Shown piece by piece: positions 24,648 to 26,959 of a DNA stretch of 26,959 nt. The notes beneath the pieces are model-generated. The model was given only the letters and a program-made list of their open reading frames with translations, did no database searches and was not told the origin of the DNA. The stretch is from Methanoregula sp. (lineage in GTDB: Archaea > Halobacteriota > Methanomicrobia > Methanomicrobiales > Methanospirillaceae). The stretch is taken from positions 1 through 26,959 of the forward strand of contig JAPKXV010000308.1 in the NCBI GenBank assembly GCA_026394635.1, written 5' to 3'. Made by a program: the position numbers and the translations under genes. The first letter of the stretch is position 1, and each line of letters starts with the position of its first letter.

Positions 24648-25724
24648 TTATCTTTTCCGCTTGACGGCTTTCATGGCCGGTTTTTTTGCTGTATTGCCCG
24701 CGGGGGCTTTCTTTGGTGCCGTCTTTGCGGCAGGCTCCTTCTTGAACTGGGGCATCATCGCACGGACTTCGCGCCCGACATCCTCGATGAGGTGCTCCTC
24801 GTCTGCTTTGGTGAGCGCATTAAAGACCGGGCGGTTTGCCATGTTCTCAAGCATCCATTCCCGTGCGAATTTCCCGGTCTGGATATCCTCGAGGATCTTC
24901 TGCATCGCGAGATATGTTTCCGGACCAATGACCTTTGGACCCCGGGTGAGATCGCCATATTGCGCCGTGTTGCTGATGTATTTGCGCATGTTCGTGAGCC
25001 CGCCCTCATAGATCAGGTCAACGATCAGCTTGAGTTCATGGAGCACTTCGAGATAAGCCATCTCCGGTGAATACCCGGCGTTGACGAGCGTCTCGAACCC
25101 TGCCTTTACGAGCGCGGTCGTCCCCCCGCAGAGGACTGCCTGCTCCCCGAAAAGATCGGTCTCGGTCTCCTCGCGGAAGGTTGTCTCCAGCACGACCGCC
25201 CGTGTCGCACCGATCGCCTTTGCGTACGCGAGCGCGATCCTGTGGGCATTCCCGGTATAGTCCTGGTGGATGGCGATAAGTGCGGGGACGCCTTTCCCGT
25301 CCTCGTACTGCCGGCGCACCATCGCGCCCGGGCCTTTGGGCGCGACCATGATCACGTCAACGGTCGGGGGAGGGACGATCTGCCCGAAGTGGATATTGAA
25401 CCCGTGCGAGAACATCAGGCATTTTTTGTCCGAGAGGTTCGGCTGGATCTCCGAGCGGTAGATTGCTCCCTGGTGCTCATCGGGCAAAAGGACCTGGATG
25501 ATGTCGGATTTTTTCACGGCTTCCGCGACGGACAGCACCTTCATGCCGTCCCTGGTTGCCGCGTCCCAGCTCTTCCCCTTGCGGAGCCCGATGACCACAT
25601 CGAGCCCGGAGTCCCTGAGGTTCAGGGACTGCCCCCGCCCCTGCGAACCATACCCGATCACGGCAATTTTTTTGCCTTTCAGCGCACCGATGTCGGCATC
25701 GGTCTCATAATATTTTTTTACCAT
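24648..25724 (-). CDS. ilvC: Ketol-acid reductoisomerase (class I) with Lys/Ala/Pro-rich tail
   Basis: [41 protein letters not shown] and ISNTAQYG motifs. Confidence 0.97.
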   Translation of the reverse strand: MVKKYYETDADIGALKGKKIAVIGYGSQGRGQSLNLRDSGLDVVIGLRKGKSWDAATRDGMKVLSVAEAVKKSDIIQVLLPDEHQGAIYRSEIQPNLSDKKCLMFSHGFNIHFGQIVPPPTVDVIMVAPKGPGAMVRRQYEDGKGVPALIAIHQDYTGNAHRIALAYAKAIGATRAVVLETTFREETETDLFGEQAVLCGGTTALVKAGFETLVNAGYSPEMAYLEVLHELKLIVDLIYEGGLTNMRKYISNTAQYGDLTRGPKVIGPETYLAMQKILEDIQTGKFAREWMLENMANRPVFNALTKADEEHLIEDVGREVRAMMPQFKKEPAAKTAPKKAPAGNTAKKPAMKAVKRKR

Positions 25725-25823
25725 AGCACTTCCCTATGATATCAGCAACAAAGCACATAAATATTATATGAATAAGACTCAAGAGCACACGATCACACGA
25801 GCACGTGGTGAACAACCACCAGG

Positions 25824-26831
25824 ATGCGATCACCTATTCCCCCCACACGCACCCAAGAGAAGCCCGAGAATTCGTTTGCCCGCGAACTCCCCGATATCCA
25901 GGCAACATCACCCGACGTCCGGATAAACCTGACCCGGGTCGGGGTAAAAAACGTCAAGAAGCTTGTCGAAGTTGCACGGCACGAGAAACGCCCGGTTATT
26001 TTTATCTCCACCTTTGATGTCTTTGTCGACCTGCCCGGGTCCTTAAAAGGGGCAAACCTGTCCCGGAACTTTGAGGTCATCGATGAAGTGCTCCAGCAGG
26101 CTATCGATGGTGATGTAGGCGAGATCGAGAACCTCTGCAGCGCCGTTGCGCGCAAACTTCTCGACCGTCACGAGTATGCCGACCGCACCGAGGTATTTAT
26201 GCGCAGCGAATTTATGGTCAAGCGCGAGACGCCGGTCAGTCACAGCACCTGTCATGAGGTGGTGAAGGTGCACGCACGGGCAGTCGCCCGCAGGACATTC
26301 CGTGCACCCATCGTGAGAAAGAGCATCGGTGCGGAAGTCACCGGCATGACCGCCTGCCCGTGCGCCCAGAATATCATGAAGGAGCGGGCGATGCACGTCT
26401 TCCACACGCTCGGTGTCAGCGAAGAGGTGGTCAACGGGTTCTTTGCAGAAGTCCCCATGGCGACGCACAACCAGCGGGGGCGGGGGTTCCTCTGCATCGA
26501 GACCGATGACGACCAGCACGTGGACCTGGAAAAGATCATCGGGATCGTAAAAGATTCCATGAGTTCGGGGATCTACGAGCTCCTCAAACGTGGCGACGAG
26601 AGCCATGTGGTGCTTGCCGCGCATAAAAATCCCCGGTTTGTTGAGGACTGTGTCCGTGAAATGGCAAAGAAGGTGCTGGCCGAATTCGAGTATCTTTCCG
26701 GCGATTCGATGGTCACCATCAAGCAGACCAACGAAGAGAGCATCCACCAGCATGATGCCTATGCAGAGCGGCGGGCGACTATTGCTGAGCTCGTGGATGA
26801 ACTCAATGGTGATCGGCTGCACGGGTCGTAA
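25824..26831 (+). CDS. mptA: GTP cyclohydrolase MptA (FolE2 family; methanopterin biosynthesis)
   Basis: LPDIQ..., LTRVGV, KGANLSR, GMTACPCA, THNQRG, ELLKRGDE, NPRFVEDCVR and ESIHQHDA motifs. Exact start uncertain. Confidence 0.93.
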   Translation: MRSPIPPTRTQEKPENSFARELPDIQATSPDVRINLTRVGVKNVKKLVEVARHEKRPVIFISTFDVFVDLPGSLKGANLSRNFEVIDEVLQQAIDGDVGEIENLCSAVARKLLDRHEYADRTEVFMRSEFMVKRETPVSHSTCHEVVKVHARAVARRTFRAPIVRKSIGAEVTGMTACPCAQNIMKERAMHVFHTLGVSEEVVNGFFAEVPMATHNQRGRGFLCIETDDDQHVDLEKIIGIVKDSMSSGIYELLKRGDESHVVLAAHKNPRFVEDCVREMAKKVLAEFEYLSGDSMVTIKQTNEESIHQHDAYAERRATIAELVDELNGDRLHGS

Positions 26832-26959
26832 GATAACCGGTGATGGTTGGGGACAGATCAGGGTTAATAATTATATTTTAATTTTTTGTGATGCTGAATA
26901 TTTTTATTAATAGATCAATCCGGAGATAAAACCGACAACCCTTTTCTTTTGAAATATTC

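Overview
Archaeal DNA; the gene set and protein styles point to a methanogen of the Methanomicrobiales (Methanoregula-like; taxon is inference). It is mostly housekeeping: iorA, nadX-nadC, a PLD-family surface protein, Zn-ribbon/EF-1beta, mdh, pepQ-map-AAA-MBL, rpoL, aIF-2beta, purL-purQ, two flavodoxins, ilvC and mptA. RNA genes are tRNA-Ile(GAT), a tRNA-Asn/tRNA-Ile2(CAT) pair and the SRP (7S) RNA. No CRISPR array, integrase, transposase or defence system is visible. Two things stand out. (1) A dispersed ~207-bp MITE-like repeat family with 15-bp terminal inverted repeats and conserved internal hairpins: two full-length copies, one 5' fragment and one related core. (2) Four broken genes within the first 4.3 kb: iorA frameshift/deletion, a single in-frame TAA, a decayed MiaB-family gene, and a 17-bp tandem duplication in nadX. 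All calls come from reading the sequence; no searches were run.
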